53,070 nt of DNA, from positions 1 to 53,070 of the forward strand of contig CAZAYR010000002.1 of NCBI GenBank assembly GCA_964489365.1, written 5' to 3'. This DNA is from an uncultured Salinarchaeum sp. GTDB lineage: Archaea > Halobacteriota > Halobacteria > Halobacteriales > SKNY01. Below the pieces are notes generated by a model. It did no database searches. It was not told the origin of the DNA and saw only the letters and a program-made list of their open reading frames with translations. The translations under genes and the position numbers were made by a program. Positions 52,732-53,070 of the stretch are shown one piece after another; positions within the stretch are counted from its first letter, which is position 1; every line of letters begins with the position of its first letter.

Positions 52732-52871
52732 GTCGGCGCTCGGCGACGCCCGGCCCTACGCGTTTCGACCCCGCTCGAACGGCGGCGATGCCCACGGTCG
52801 GATGCCGTCCAAGGGGTTCGATGCGGGAGCCGTGTGGACACTTTTTTGCAAGCACCCGGTCGCCGTGCGGT

Positions 52872-53070
52872 ATGAAGCTCGGACGGTTTATCGTCGAGAC
52901 GCATTGCCACGGCCAACGCCACGCGGCCCGGATCCAGGATCACGACGACGATGCGGCGTACGAACGGATCGCCGAAAAGATGGGCGCCGCCAAGCGGGCC
53001 GACGAGGCCGAGGATGACGACGAGGTCATCGTCTACGACAACTCCGATCGCCTCGTGTACGATATGGAGC
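52872..53070 (+). CDS. Amidohydrolase-like protein, N-terminal fragment (3' end lies outside the window)
   Basis: ATG 52872 opens a frame that runs to the window end: MKLGRFIVETHCHGQRHAARIQDHDDDAAYERIAEKMG... It has an HxH metal motif close to the N-terminus and is acidic. Only 66 codons are visible. Confidence 0.4.
   Translation, partial: MKLGRFIVETHCHGQRHAARIQDHDDDAAYERIAEKMGAAKRADEAEDDDEVIVYDNSDRLVYDME

Noticed and set aside
1-53070. Search by eye for CRISPR arrays, rRNA genes, IS elements/transposases, integrases, toxin-antitoxin pairs or known defence cassettes
   Set aside because: I found no regularly spaced direct repeats, no rRNA-like conserved stretches, and no DDE, tyrosine or serine recombinase motifs in any of the listed ORFs. 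Their absence is by inspection only and should be confirmed with dedicated tools.

Overview
GC-rich chromosomal segment (about two-thirds G+C by eye, not computed). I infer a haloarchaeon (class Halobacteria) from the strongly acidic predicted proteins, twin-arginine/lipobox signal peptides, HTH_10 (Bat-type) and DUF7344-type regulators, a SAMP/UbaA/JAMM gene set, and the archaeal adk-DUF106-cmk-cbf5 block. I call about 53 intact protein genes, one tRNA-Pro(GGG), three decayed genes and several TATA-like promoter candidates. Left third (1-21 kb): housekeeping genes (dnaK, dnaJ, adk, cmk, cbf5, ilvD, sod), aldehyde/alcohol dehydrogenases, and a histidine kinase-response regulator-secreted beta-propeller unit. 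Centre (21.4-33.8 kb): a dense sulfur-trafficking island and the most interesting part of the window. It holds Tat-exported rhodanese-like and beta-propeller lipoproteins, a YeeE/YedE transporter, DsrE-like, rhodanese and TusA-like proteins, a CysM-like PLP enzyme, a MoaD/SAMP-like carrier ending in GG-Cys, a UbaA-type E1, a JAMM protease, an MFS transporter, a rhodanese-persulfide dioxygenase fusion and a Cys-rich HTH_10 regulator. Right third (34-53 kb): mixed metabolic and accessory genes (BKACE, acyl-CoA synthetase, TcuA-like flavoprotein, Zn-ADH, DsbA-like, epimerase, EamA), two more PAS histidine kinases, an orphan PD-(D/E)xK-like protein and a candidate zinc-ribbon microprotein. The three decayed genes are also here: a frameshifted Tat-cupredoxin, an endonuclease-V-like gene with a frameshift plus stop, and a C-terminal remnant of a TPP enzyme. 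I saw no CRISPR array, rRNA, transposase, integrase or recognisable phage/defence cassette. Most long Arg/Pro/Gly-rich ORFs in the six-frame track lie antisense to or out of frame with the called genes and are treated as GC-driven artefacts. All functional calls come from motif recognition by eye; no database search was run.
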